A stretch of 63,017 nt of DNA, counting the filler, from Reclinomonas americana ATCC 50394 (taxonomy: Eukaryota): the NCBI GenBank assembly GCA_048213135.1. It is 22 parts of 22 records of this genome, joined end to end, with 100 filler letters (N's around TTAATTAATTAA, not from the genome) between each part and the next. Parts side by side here need not be neighbours in the genome. Positions count along the whole stretch, not along the records: positions 3,171 to 11,886 come from AFZH01024347.1; positions 11,987 to 13,565 come from AFZH01024349.1; positions 13,666 to 16,275 come from AFZH01024350.1; positions 16,376 to 19,358 come from AFZH01024351.1; positions 19,459 to 22,500 come from AFZH01024352.1; positions 22,601 to 23,712 come from AFZH01024353.1; 16 more parts are not named here. One strand, given 5' to 3'. The notes under the pieces were generated by a model. The model did no database searches and had not been told where the DNA came from. It saw nothing but the letters and a program-made list of their open reading frames with translations. Shown here piece by piece: positions 11,728-23,256 of the stretch (the stretch's first letter is position 1; each line of letters starts with the position of its first letter). The position numbers and the translations under genes are program-made.

Positions 11728-11986
11728 GTGAGTGTGCTCGATTGAAATGAATTAGCAAGAGGGAGACACGCGAGAGGCAGAAAGACAGAGGCTCAGGAAG
11801 CAGAAGACGATGGAGTAAGACGAGAATGCCATTCACTCGCGGCTCGTGAGAGAGAGAAGGGGGACGAGGCAAGAGGAGCATGTGTGNNNNNNNNNNNNNN
11901 NNNNNNNNNNNNNNNNNNNNNNNNNNNNNNTTAATTAATTAANNNNNNNNNNNNNNNNNNNNNNNNNNNNNNNNNNNNNNNNNNNN

Positions 11987-12083
11987 CCGCGTACGTGGCA
12001 GCTAGGCCGTGCAGCCGCACACCCACGGGGATGAGCCACGGGTCGAACCAGCGGTGGCGCTCGGGGATAGGCTTGATCTTCAT
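11987..12083 (-). CDS. N-terminus of hypothetical protein (MKIKPIPERHRWFDPWLIPVG...), 3'-truncated
   Basis: ATG at 12083 with an open frame to the contig end, downstream of the recombinase. Confidence 0.35.
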
Positions 12084-12234
12084 GTCAGCTAGCGAGTTCG
12101 CGGAACGATAAACCGATGCAGACCCGGGCGGGGACAGGCAGTCGAAAGCTCGACTCTGAACGATGCCCGGCGCGCCGGTTTATTTCCTAGGGTGAGGGGT
12201 AATTGGAAAGAGCCGAGGAGCTGCACATCTTCTC

Positions 12235-12921
12235 CTAGTGTGGGTGGTAATCGGCGAGCCGCTCCAGCACGCGGGACACTTGCACAGGCGACCAAGCTCC
12301 GCCCCGAGAGGTCGGGATGCCCTTTTCGTTCAACGCGCGGGCAAGCGCGCCCAAGGAAGAAACCCCGGCCGCGGCTAGCTCCCGCAACATCGGTTCGAGA
12401 TCAGCCGCTCTGGCCTGGGCTCTGGCGCTCTGGAAGGCCCGTCCTGCGTCCTGGGCGTTGCGTGACGGGGTAACTCCACGATGGCCGCCTAACACCGCTC
12501 CTCGCGCCTTTGCGGCGGCCAGCGCGGCCTTGGTGCGGGCAGAGATCATCTTACGCTCGGCCTGCGCCACGACCGCCATGATTCCGACCACCATCTCGTT
12601 CGCCTCAGGCATGTCGACCGCTGTGAAGCCGACGTCCGACTTCTGGAGGCCGAGGAGGAAATGCGCGTCGCGCGACAGGCGGTCGAGCTTGGCGATCAAC
12701 AGCCGAGCACCATGCAGCCGACATAGTCGCATAGCCTCGGCGAGCTTTGGGCGATCTGAATTGCTGCCGCTCTCGACCTCGATGACCTCGGCCACGAGTT
12801 CCCAGGCGCCGCCGTTCAGGAACGCTCTAACCGCCTCTTGCTGAGCCTCCAGACCCAACCCGGAGCGCCCCTGCTTCTGGGTCGATACCCGGTAGTAGGC
12901 GACGAACTTGCCCTCTGCCAT
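12235..12921 (-). CDS. Serine recombinase/resolvase (PinE-like) with C-terminal recombinase-type HTH
   Basis: 'YYRVSTQKQ' catalytic Ser, 'EVESG', 'KLDRLSR', 'ISARTKAAL', C-terminal 'LARALNEKGIPTSRGGAWSPVQVSRVL'. Confidence 0.93.
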   Translation of the reverse strand: MAEGKFVAYYRVSTQKQGRSGLGLEAQQEAVRAFLNGGAWELVAEVIEVESGSNSDRPKLAEAMRLCRLHGARLLIAKLDRLSRDAHFLLGLQKSDVGFTAVDMPEANEMVVGIMAVVAQAERKMISARTKAALAAAKARGAVLGGHRGVTPSRNAQDAGRAFQSARAQARAADLEPMLRELAAAGVSSLGALARALNEKGIPTSRGGAWSPVQVSRVLERLADYHPH

Positions 12922-12924
12922 GTC

Positions 12925-12960
12925 TTACATCCGTCTCGATGAGCGTTGAGACAGATGTAA
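12925..12960. promoter_or_regulatory. Inverted repeat immediately upstream of the recombinase start (candidate res/att or autoregulatory site)
   Basis: TTACATCCGTCTC-N10-GAGACAGATGTAA with a 12/13 arm match. Confidence 0.6.
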
Positions 12961-12994
12961 AGACCGACCTGAGCTGGCGTCAATGCGGAGTGCA

Positions 12995-13444
12995 TCAGGC
13001 GGCCGGGAGCTTGTTGAGCTTCCCCAGGTTGCAGGGCCAGCAGATGATCCGCGCGTTCTCATAGGAGTTGTCCCCGCCGTGCTGCGGCGAGACATGATGA
13101 TCGAAGTGCCACGGCGTGTTCGGATGCTGCGCATGTGGTTTTATTTCCGACCACGCAGTGCTGCAGCGCGGGCACCGCTCCGGATGTTCGGCCACCAGCC
13201 GGCGTTTGACCTCGACGGAGAACCGCGGCGTCCGTGCGCTGTACTCCTTGCTCCGCTTGCGCTGGCAGACCATGCAGCGGTTGTGAGAGTTCCAAGGCGT
13301 CTCGGTGGCGCAGGCCGGGCAGTACTTGCGGGGGCGCTCGGCAAGCGAGATCCGCCGCCCGCCTTGGCCTTCTGATGGGGGCACGGGGGGAAGGTCGATT
13401 GTCCCACCTTGTGGTAGCGACTCAGATTTTTCCGCCGAAACCAA
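12995..13444 (-). CDS. HNH endonuclease with extra N-terminal zinc finger (start uncertain)
   Basis: CPAC..CMVC, CPRC, 'DHHVSPQHGGDNSYENARIICWPCNLGK'. Confidence 0.85.
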   Translation of the reverse strand: MVSAEKSESLPQGGTIDLPPVPPSEGQGGRRISLAERPRKYCPACATETPWNSHNRCMVCQRKRSKEYSARTPRFSVEVKRRLVAEHPERCPRCSTAWSEIKPHAQHPNTPWHFDHHVSPQHGGDNSYENARIICWPCNLGKLNKLPAA

Positions 13445-13516
13445 GCGTCGATGAGGCGCTCTATCGGCCTGGGCTGTAAGTTGCAGATTCCGACGCGACC
13501 GGCCGGGTAATCCAAT

Positions 13517-13565
13517 AATTAACCGGCCACTGTTCCGAGAATTAACCGGTCGGGATTCCGAGAAT
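13517..13565. repeat. 23-bp-period direct repeat running into the contig end
   Basis: AATTAACCGG at 13517 and 13540, TTCCGAGAAT at 13533 and 13556. Confidence 0.7.
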
Positions 13566-13665
13566 NNNNNNNNNNNNNNNNNNNNNNNNNNNNNNNNNNN
13601 NNNNNNNNNTTAATTAATTAANNNNNNNNNNNNNNNNNNNNNNNNNNNNNNNNNNNNNNNNNNNN

Positions 13666-16511
13666 TGGTGTGCCCCGAGCACGTCGAGTGTCTCGGCGGC
13701 ACTGCGGTACTCGTGGCGAGTACCTACTGGACGTTCCCTCTGGATGCGGACTGGATAATACAGCCGGTACACGCGCGCGGTACCACGGGAGCCACCGTCC
13801 TTCCGCCAGCCAACGGAAAGCTAGTGGCCTACCCGTGTCCTTTCAATTACTGCGAGCGACCCGACAGTGCCTCAGTGGTAGCAACTGACGACCAGCCCGC
13901 TGATTACTGCAATGAGGAGTCTGAACGAGATCCCAAGTCACCGATGTGCGGTGCTTGTCGGGTGGGTGGGAGGAGAAGGGGAAGGGGGAAGGGCGGGAAG
14001 GGAAGGAGAAGCGGGGAGAGTAGTGAAGGGAAGGAAGGGTGAAAGCAGACAGAGTGCTGGAGAAGAGAAGGAGAAGCGGGAAGAGTGGCGAAGGGAAGGG
14101 GGGAAGAGTGGTAAAGGAAGGGGAAAGCAGAAGGAGTGAAGGAGAAACGGGGGTGAGAGGAGGAACAGGGGAAGGGGGAATGGGAAAGGAGAAAGAGGGG
14201 AAGAACGGGGAAGACTAGTAAAGAAAGGGGAAAACAGAAAGAGTGGGAAGATGAAGAGTGAGGATAGTGCGAAGGGGGCGAAAGTCGATGAGTGATGGTG
14301 AAGGTTGTGAGACTGAGAGCAGTGGGGTTGCGAATCGTAGAGTTGGGGTGCGGTAAAGGGTGAGAAGGAAAAGGAGACGATGAGATGATGGGTGGTGGGT
14401 GTTCGTCGCAAAGTGACAGAGAATTTCGTGATTGTACTGTGGCAAGAGGAGGGAGTATGGCGCGAGTGAGTTGCAGTGAAATGTTACAGAAAGTTGGCGT
14501 GCGATGAGCAAGAACGTAGAAGGGCGAAGACAGAAATCGTGAGAGAGACGACGATGGTGGAAAGTTGTGAACGCCGCCGTACCGGAGCAGAATGCACGAG
14601 AGATGAGAGGTGATGATGAGGCGTATGTGCGAGAGATAGAGAGTGGACGAGGGTTATGAAATCAACAGCGGAGGTGCTGAGGAAGTCTTTGTTAGAGAGA
14701 AACGACGATGATGCAGGAGAAAAGTGATTCTTAGCTGTCTGTCTTCTCACTTATCCACCCTCCTTCCACCTCACGCCTCTCCTTTTCCCTCTCACTTGGC
14801 GACAGAGTCGCCTCATCCTCTTCCTCCGCGAACCCTTCCTGTTCCACATTGTTGACCTCTGTCCGTAAGAATATCACCGATTTTGTGACCTGTTCTCATG
14901 GCGTGTGTTGTTGATGTACATGGCAGGCGGGTTTCGCGCACTGGCAAGGCGAATGTGTGCCGTGTGAAAAAACCACGGCGCTGGCGCGCTTCGTCACCTT
15001 GGCGAAGATGTGGGGCTTTGTCATTTTCACGCACTTTATCTTTCAGGGTGGTGGTGGTGGTACGTTTACATGCTTTACCAGAAACGCCATGCGCCACACT
15101 GTCTCAGTCTGAGTGTGTGCCCACAGCGTCGGCGGAGATGTTGATTTTTACGCTCCAGACGACCGCGCAGCTCTTCTACCCCAATATGGCACTCTTCTCG
15201 GTCACTGAGCTTCTTGACTTTGCGGTGCCCGCCTTCTTTGACGTCGGCTGTGCCTTCAACCTCGACGCCGCTTCGGACTTAGTCGGTCACACGGTCACGC
15301 AACTGTCGTACCTGCTGATGCTGTGGTGCACATTCTCGGTGCACCGCCTGCTCAGCTGGCTCCTGGTACGGTGCACTACCACCAAGACCAAGGCCACCGC
15401 ACCGATTTCACCCGTAATACCGAGACCAATGTCGCCTGACGCGGATACGTCACCACTGGCGGCACCGCTGCAGCGAACCTCGTCCATGGCGCGTTTCGCT
15501 CAGTGGGCGCGTCAGACCGCATCGGTCGACTCGTACATGACGACGACGGTGATTCTGCTCATCGGCTGCTACGAGGGTCTGGCGGAGACAGCGCTCACGT
15601 TTTTCACGTGCACTCGAGTGGGCCAGTCGAGTGTGGTACTCTTTTCGCCCAGCATCGTCTGCTACGAGGGAGCGTGCGTCGTCTTGATTTTGCTGCGGCG
15701 TGCTTGATACCGGACTGATTCGATGTATGTCACACATAGGTGGAACAAGCTGCTGCCGATGTATATCATTCAGATGGCCGCCGCCGCCTCGGCGCCAGTG
15801 CTGGTGGCGATATGGACTGTGCGCCTTCGAAGTCAGCACCGCCTGCACGACCCGCAGGTATGTTTGGCCAGTGATTCGCCACACTCCTGTATCAGTTTGA
15901 TGATGGCTTGTGGCGCAGGTTATGAGGCGGTATGGAGCACTTTACGATCATTTCCGGCCACGAGTGGTGTGGTATCAAGGTGCGGCTAATGGCGAGAAGG
16001 GGGAAAGGGGAGAGGGGCAGGAGGTCGAAGGGTGTGTACGTGTGGGCAAGTGAGTGTGACAGTTCGTGGCGAATGTGAGTGTGTGAGCGCGTGAGACACG
16101 AAGACCATGAAGCGGACGAGAGGGAGAATAGCAAAGAGACGAGATGAAACATATGCCAAGGAAGGACAGTGGAGAAGAGAAGAAGTGACTGAAGAGGAGG
16201 AGGATGAGGATTATCCGTGGGTACTGGAGGAAATAGATGAAAACTTCGTTTCGATCGTCTCTCGCTTGTCACGTTNNNNNNNNNNNNNNNNNNNNNNNNN
16301 NNNNNNNNNNNNNNNNNNNTTAATTAATTAANNNNNNNNNNNNNNNNNNNNNNNNNNNNNNNNNNNNNNNNNNNNGGCCCGAGTTGGAAGGTGTAGAGTT
16401 CCAGTCGAGTGTTTCTCTCTCTGCGAATCTGTGTGGGAGTGAATGGTTGCAGACAAGCAGTATGTCACCACGAAACTCGAGTGGTTTCGACACTGCACTG
16501 CTTACCGAACT

Positions 16512-16560
<49 letters not shown>

Positions 16561-17286
16561 AACGCTATGCTGTGACTGACACTGACGATTCCTTGTCGCA
16601 GGATACCAGCTCTCTCGGCGACTGATCGTGCTCGGAACCCTATTCCCGATTGCAGCGATCAACGCGCTCGACGTGTTGCCACTGGCCTTGTGGGTAGTTT
16701 GCGTACTATTCTTGACGGTACACCTGGCTGTGCAACCGTACGAGCACCGCCTCTACAACATTCTCGAGGCCATTGGCTTGGGCGGCCTGGTGGCCATCGC
16801 CACCATCTTTTCGTCGTCGGTGTCACTCGACTTCAAAGTACGCACCTCCATCGCTCTGCTTCTGATCGTGGGTGCCGTCCTTGCGGCACCGCTCGCGTTC
16901 GACGCACTGAAGATGCTGCGCAATGTGTGGCGGAGAATACGACGCAGGTGCTGCGCATGCGGCAGCAAGTTGGTGCAGAGCAAGCTGTCGGCGTTTGAAG
17001 GTGCGTGGTGGTGGGACTGAGTGCTTCCTCTCGCTCAGCCGTATAATGGGTGGTTGCAAAAACAGAGGCGGACAGTGGTAGCAGCTCACAGCACGAGTTA
17101 CCGCTACTGAGCGTGGCGCCCGGAACTCCGCACTCTGCACCGGCACTATTATCATTCGTGGCGCCGGCGGGTGTTTTCAGTGCAAAGAACGACGAGGACA
17201 GCTCAGAGGGTGTGGACCGCGGTGATGAATTGCGGCTTGTTGCGTGTATTCTTGGCGGTGTACGTGTGCAACAAGAACGGGGGTGA
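13666..17286 (+). CDS. Cys-rich ectodomain multipass membrane protein (eukaryotic, multi-exon, spans an assembly gap; 3' end approximate)
   Basis: 'YPCPFNYC..R...MCGAC', several TM exons, 'LFSPSIVCY', 'RYGALYDHFRPRVVWYQ/GYQLSRRL', 'VQPYEHRLYNILE'. Confidence 0.7.
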
Positions 17287-17706
17287 ATGAGTAACCCGCC
17301 GTGGAATACAGTTCACACCGAGTCGGCGAGCACGCTTGCTCAGCGCCTACGGAGTCTCGCCGCTGCACGAGTCGCTGCCACCGGCGCCTCCATTGCCAGC
17401 GACACCACCGCGACTGCCAGCCGCGCCGCGACGGGTGTTGTTGATCGCGTCATTCGAAGAGAATGGTGACACGAGTATTTTGAGTGGCCACCACGAAAGA
17501 GAAATGCGAACTCAAGCACTGTCTAGTGCAGGGTTCATGTCGTGATTGCTGTCAGTACGTGATATCTCAACAATCATAAATAAATGCTGGAGATGGAGTT
17601 GGAAGACAGTTAGTCAACAGCTACCAAGGAAAGAAGAAGTTTGAGAAGTGGAACCATGATATTCCAACAGTGGAAATCTGGATTTGTACAATTGTGCCTT
17701 GGTCAT

Positions 17707-18010
17707 TGTCGGCAAGGGATATGTGGACATTTGTCGCATTATTGGAATGTGGTGAATGAAGTGTTTTTCTTTTCGCATGTGTGAGGCACAGAAAGACAAC
17801 GTTACGCGAGTCGACAAGGAAAGAAAAAACACTTCATTCACCACATTTCGATAGTGATAGTTACTGTTTAGTATACTGAGGTTTCTGGAAGAGAAGAACG
17901 GAGCAGTCACAACCGTAATCCGATTGTATCTGTCCGTTCTTCTCTTGTTTGTATTCACAAAGAGCAGAAGTTTCAAAATGCGACAAATGTCCACAAATCC
18001 CTTGCCGACA
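17707..18010. mobile_element. MITE-like element with 34-bp terminal inverted repeats and a nested ~28-bp inverted repeat
   Basis: 17707-17740 and 17977-18010 are 33/34 complementary. The inner pair is 17746-17773 and 17820-17847. Confidence 0.6.
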
Positions 18011-18115
18011 CAACAGTGTGGCGATCTTGCACGAGGCTCAGAAGCACACACGGAGGCACACTTCTACACCGAGAAAGGGAACTGGAGCGGTGGTGACGTA
18101 CCAATTGTACATGTT

Positions 18116-18410
18116 TTAAAGACAGCTGTTGCTTGCATGCACCGATGAGAGGCACACGTGGCGATCATCAGCAAAGGCGGATACGTGAACACAGATGGAG
18201 GGATCCTTGGCAAAGCGGTATCCGACTTCCAGCTGCTTGACGCGGCGGATGAAGATCGAGGCCACGAGGTTGAAGATGAACGGATTCAGCACGTCGCCTT
18301 GGGGAACGCCGATCTTCTGATGCATGATCTTGGTGTGGAGGCCGTCCTTGCATGCCGCGAAGAACGGCATGTACCGCATCAGTCTGCCACCATGTCGATT
18401 ATGTAGGGAC
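18116..18410 (-). pseudogene. Non-LTR retrotransposon reverse transcriptase fragment
   Basis: 'GVPQGDVLNPFIFNL' (RT motif 4) and 'AFADD' (motif 5). Truncated and disrupted. Confidence 0.85.
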
Positions 18411-18816
18411 GCGTTCAGTGTTCATACTGTAACTCCCGCTCACAACGTATTGGTCATTGTGAGTGACGGCGACGGAGCACACTCACTCAGTGTGTCCCCC
18501 CAATCGAAGTATTTCTTCTCCACCCACTAGAAAGTTACACACACTCGCACGGTGTGGACTGAATAAACCACGCCGGTGTACTGTATCTCTTCAAAGGCCT
18601 GTGCCCATCCACATTCATAACAAGACACAGCCGCAGCAACGCCGGCGAACGTGTAACCTCCAGACGAGCGCACTGGTAGAGCTCACGACTTTCACTGGAC
18701 TAAGAGGTGGAGGTGCAGCTCCTCAAGCCATAAATACAAATTCAGTGTGATTGCTCCCTCACACAAAACATCAAACTGTTCCAGGAGGCTGTAAAGTGTT
18801 GGGGAGAGAGCCTCCC

Positions 18817-19285
18817 TTAAAGCGCCATCACCACTACCAAAGCCACTATGAGCGAGAGCAGAGTGGTGGCGGTCGTCATTGCACTGGCTCCACCATTGCC
18901 GGTCTGCGAGGCTGTGGCCACAGACGCGCCGGCCGAGGGCGACGATTGGCCGTACGAGTTGACAGCCACCACAGACACAGTGTAGGTGGTATCCGGCTGC
19001 AAATTGTTCTGCGTGTAGGTGAAGGACGACGCACGAGTGGTGGTGGTGGTCGGTCGCAACGCGTCCACCACGCCAATCAAAATCTTGCTGTTGTCGTTCG
19101 GGAAGAAGCGAATGCGGTACTGCTGAATGGTACCGAGGCCAGTGTAATCGGGAGGATTGATGGTCAATGTGGCTGAGGTTGCTTGCGGCGGTGCAGCAGA
19201 AGTCGGTGCCGGAGGTGCCGCAGCCGTGGCTCCTGTGCAACGCACGACAAAACAAATGTAAGTGCGAATGCTTGCATGTACTATG

Positions 19286-19358
<73 letters not shown>

Positions 19359-19576
19359 NNNNNNNNNNNNNNNNNNNNNNNNNNNNNNNNNNNNNNNNNN
19401 NNTTAATTAATTAANNNNNNNNNNNNNNNNNNNNNNNNNNNNNNNNNNNNNNNNNNNNGGTCGGCGACGCGTCGGTCGTCCGTCGTCGTCGACGAACCGA
19501 ACCGAAACCGAAAACCGTAAAACTAAAGTAAGTACGTACGTACGTACGTACGTACGTACGTACGTACGTCGTCGTC

Positions 19577-19651
<75 letters not shown>

Positions 19652-22500
19652 CCATGGTGGCAGGCGCCTGTGTCGGAGTGCCCACATTAGTGGGATTGTT
19701 GGGCGCGGGCGCGGTGCCCTGGGAGCCCTGGCCGAGACCGACAGCATTCTGGCCGAGTAGCACCAAGCGGTACACCGACGACGGCTTAATCGTGTACACG
19801 ATTTGCGCGCACTGTGCCGACGTACTGGGCACGCTCGTCGGCGATCCCACCAACGCCGAGTTGAGTCGCAGACCATCAGAGACACTCGGCGTGCTCGACG
19901 ACGGCAAGAAGCGCGTGGCCCACTCCCAGTACACCACGTAGTACGACGTGGCGCCAGCAACTGTACCCCACGACAATCGGTACTCGTTCGCCGACACAAA
20001 GTCGATTGTGGGCGGCGTGGCTGCGGCGGGAATACCGACCATTGTCGCGAGAGGCGCTGCTTGCACGTAGATCGACAGCGAATTGGCGCCTGTGCCGGCG
20101 GCGTTGGTGGCATTCAGGTAGAATCGGTAAAAATGGCCATTCGTGACGGTCACCGAGGCCGTGTTGTCGGTGGCACCCACGCCACCAGTCATGGGAGCGG
20201 CGGCACCGGTTGCCACCGCACCTGTCAGAGTCTGCGCAGTAATCGGCTGTGTCACCGTCGTGTCACGCGTCCACGACAGTGCAATACTGGTGCCGGTGTT
20301 GGAGGTGACCACAAAGTTGGTGGGATTGTTGGGCGCACGGCCGGTCAGAACGCTGCTGTTGAGACCGTTGCCGTCTGTGGCACCGGCAGCAAACGAGGCG
20401 GTGGTCGAACAGGCGCCAATCGCATTGACTGCGCGCACGTCGATTGTGTATGCCGTGTTGTCCGCAAGGCCCGAGATGGCCACCGCCGTCGTGGTGGTTG
20501 TGTTGGTGAGGACGGCAGTTGACTGCGAGGACGTTGGACGCCAGCTCACGCTCCATTGTTGTACGGTACCGAGGCCACCGGTCTCTGCCGGCTGCGACCA
20601 CGACAGCCACAGCGAATCGGAGCGTTTCGCCAACACGTCGGAAGAAAGCGTGGTCACAGCGCCGGGAGCCACCGGGAATGCATTCGTTGTCACCGTCACA
20701 GAAGTTGCGCTCTGAGCCGACTGATAGCCGTTGAACGACACGGCCGTGAACGCGTACTGAGTATTGGCAAAGAGTCCATTGACGAGAAGTGTGGACGACG
20801 TGGTGCCGAGGGAACCCGTGAACTGCACCACCGCGCTGTTCGGCAGCAGACCGGCCAGCGTGCTGTTGGTAACCGGTTGCACAATGACCTAACAAGCGAG
20901 AATCAACATGAGCAATCGGAACACTCAAGACAAGTAGTGAGTAAATGATAGAGTGTGTGTATGTATGTGTGTGTGTGCATGATTCCTGTGCAGGTACACC
21001 CCCTCCACAGTGGTGCACTTGCCTGCATTCCCAGTGTGGCCATGGTACTGTCGCTCGTGGAGAGATCGGCTTGCGTACCGATGGACGTGGAGGGCGTGAG
21101 CAGCGTGAACGACACGTATCCGGAGCCAACAACACTGGTGGCCATCACGGGCAGGGGGTACGGTCGGACAATGGCATTGGCGGTCTGTGCCAGCGCCGCA
21201 GAGAACGGACCCGACTGCGCCAACACCGAGCCTGCACTGGTCGCGGTGTTGCTGGCACTGACCGCATACGAGTACGGCTTGCCCGGAATCGTCGGGAAAG
21301 AGTACGTGGTCACTACGGACGCCGACCAAGTGTAGGTCTTGGAGCAGCCGTGTGCCGTTTGCATCAATGCATAGCCGCTAATGGCGGTGCCACCAATGCC
21401 GACGGGAGACGACCACGAGATATTCGTCAACGTATCCTGATAAAAGTTGCCGCCAAAGAGCGCCGCCGACGCGCCGCCCATCGAATTCAACACCCCACCG
21501 GCGAGTGACGGCGCAGCAGGGGCCAGCGGTGCATCATCTGAGGGAGTTGCAGTGAGCAGGAAACCGCCTGGGAAGCAAGCGAAGCAATCACGCGCGCCCT
21601 CGCACGCAACTGGCCGCGTGCGTAGTCTGCGTCACCGTGGCAGCCGTGGTCGAACTGCCGACAGCACTCGTGGCCAGCACCTGATATGTGTAGGTCGAAT
21701 TCGGCGTCAACGCGCTGCATGCACGTGTACCACATCAGTGAGCAAACCTGCACCGAGGAGCGACACGGCGGTCAATTGACTATCGTACTCACCTGTCGCT
21801 ATACGACACCACATCACCCAGGGTCGGCAGTGACACGCTCGCCAACATGCTCGGCATCACCGAGCCCGTGCCGCGCATCAACGTAAATTGTGTCACAGGC
21901 AGTGAGCCAAACACCTGTGGTGCCGTCCAACTAAGAGTAATCGAGGTCGAACTGTACTGCACAATCGACAGTGCGGTGGGCACAGCGGGCGGCACACTCG
22001 CCGCGGCCGAGGTGGTCACCGTAATCGGGGCGCTAAACTGACAGCTCGTCACTGAGGCCGATGTGGCGTCGAACGGCGATGCGGGGAACGCCGTCGAGAA
22101 CTGATTATCGGCACACACCATCAGCGAGACGGTGGAGGCGGAAGGCAAGCCGCTGACCACGTCGACAGCATAGGTCGGGTTGATGGCAAGTGCCGCACCA
22201 CCACTGCCTCCGTTCAGATCCGGCATCAGTAGCGATGAGCTACTGGTGGCGAGCGCAGCGCCAACAACGGCGGCGGTCGACTGCGTTGGACTGTTGCTGT
22301 ACCACACAACGCGGAAGAGCGGCAGTCCTGGATTGGGCGTGGAGATATTGGCCTGCGAAGCGCCAGCGGTCTCCAGATTGTCACCACCAACCACTGCCGG
22401 TCGTGCAAACGTCACGCGCGTGCTGTTGCTGGTAATACGACTCGCAGAAACACTCTGCGGCGCCGCCGGCACATCTCCGTTCGCCTCAGTTTGTACAGAA
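18817..22500 (-). CDS. Large Ser/Thr/Ala-rich fibronectin type III repeat surface protein with predicted GPI signal (eukaryotic, multi-exon, 5'-truncated, spans a gap)
   Basis: Repeated FN3 signatures 'LSW..P', 'L..NT.Y...V.AVN..G'. C-terminus 'GNGGASAMTTATTLLSLIVALVVVMAL*'. Confidence 0.8.
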
Positions 22501-22600
22501 NNNNNNNNNNNNNNNNNNNNNNNNNNNNNNNNNNNNNNNNNNNNTTAATTAATTAANNNNNNNNNNNNNNNNNNNNNNNNNNNNNNNNNNNNNNNNNNNN

Positions 22601-23233
22601 CGTGCCGATGAGATCGCGGCGCATTGGGCCGGGATCAGCGCCGGCAAGCCTTCGATGTTCAACGGCCGCGTCATGCTGCAGCACCGCGCTGCGATCGAGG
22701 GCGGCGTGTTCCACGCCGGCTATTTCGAGGCCGATTATGCCGCCTTCATGAGCTGGCGCGATTTCGGCCAGCCGGGACCGGCGATCCGCAACGGCTTCGC
22801 CATGGCGGCGCTCAGGGCCGCCGACGGCGCCTTCCTGCTCGGCAAGATGGGTGATCACACCGCCAACCCCGGCAAGGTCTATTTCGCCGCCGGCACGCCG
22901 GACCGGGAGGATGCCCGCCCGGACGGCACGCTCGATCTTGCCGGCAGCGTCACCCGCGAGCTCTGCGAGGAGACCGGGCTGACGCTCGACGAGATTGCCG
23001 TCGAGGAGCGCTGGACGGCGGTGATCGTGCCGGGGCGAGTTGCCTTCATGCGCCCGGTCGGGATCGACCTGCCGGCTGACGAGGCGCGCGACTTGATGCT
23101 GGCGCGGATCGGTCGACAAGACGAGCCGGAATTGTCCGATATCGTGATCGTCCGCAATCTCGCCGATTGCGCGGCTTATGACATGCCGCCCTTCATGACG
23201 TCCTATCTCGCACATATCTACGGGCGGGATTGA
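22601..23233 (+). CDS. NUDIX hydrolase (5'-truncated)
   Basis: 'AGTPD...SVTRELCEETGL' Nudix-like box. Confidence 0.85.
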   Translation, partial: RADEIAAHWAGISAGKPSMFNGRVMLQHRAAIEGGVFHAGYFEADYAAFMSWRDFGQPGPAIRNGFAMAALRAADGAFLLGKMGDHTANPGKVYFAAGTPDREDARPDGTLDLAGSVTRELCEETGLTLDEIAVEERWTAVIVPGRVAFMRPVGIDLPADEARDLMLARIGRQDEPELSDIVIVRNLADCAAYDMPPFMTSYLAHIYGRD

Positions 23234-23256
23234 CCCTTTACCGATCGAGGTTGCCG

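Noticed and set aside
11886..13666. Bacterial recombinase islet inserted into the eukaryotic genome
   Set aside because: Bounded by linkers on both sides, so there is no sequence continuity with eukaryotic DNA.
19459..19580. (TACG)n run and stepwise CCGAAA-like repeats beside (CT)n
   Set aside because: TACG is the 454 flow order. The pattern fits dephased read ends after a microsatellite at a contig edge.
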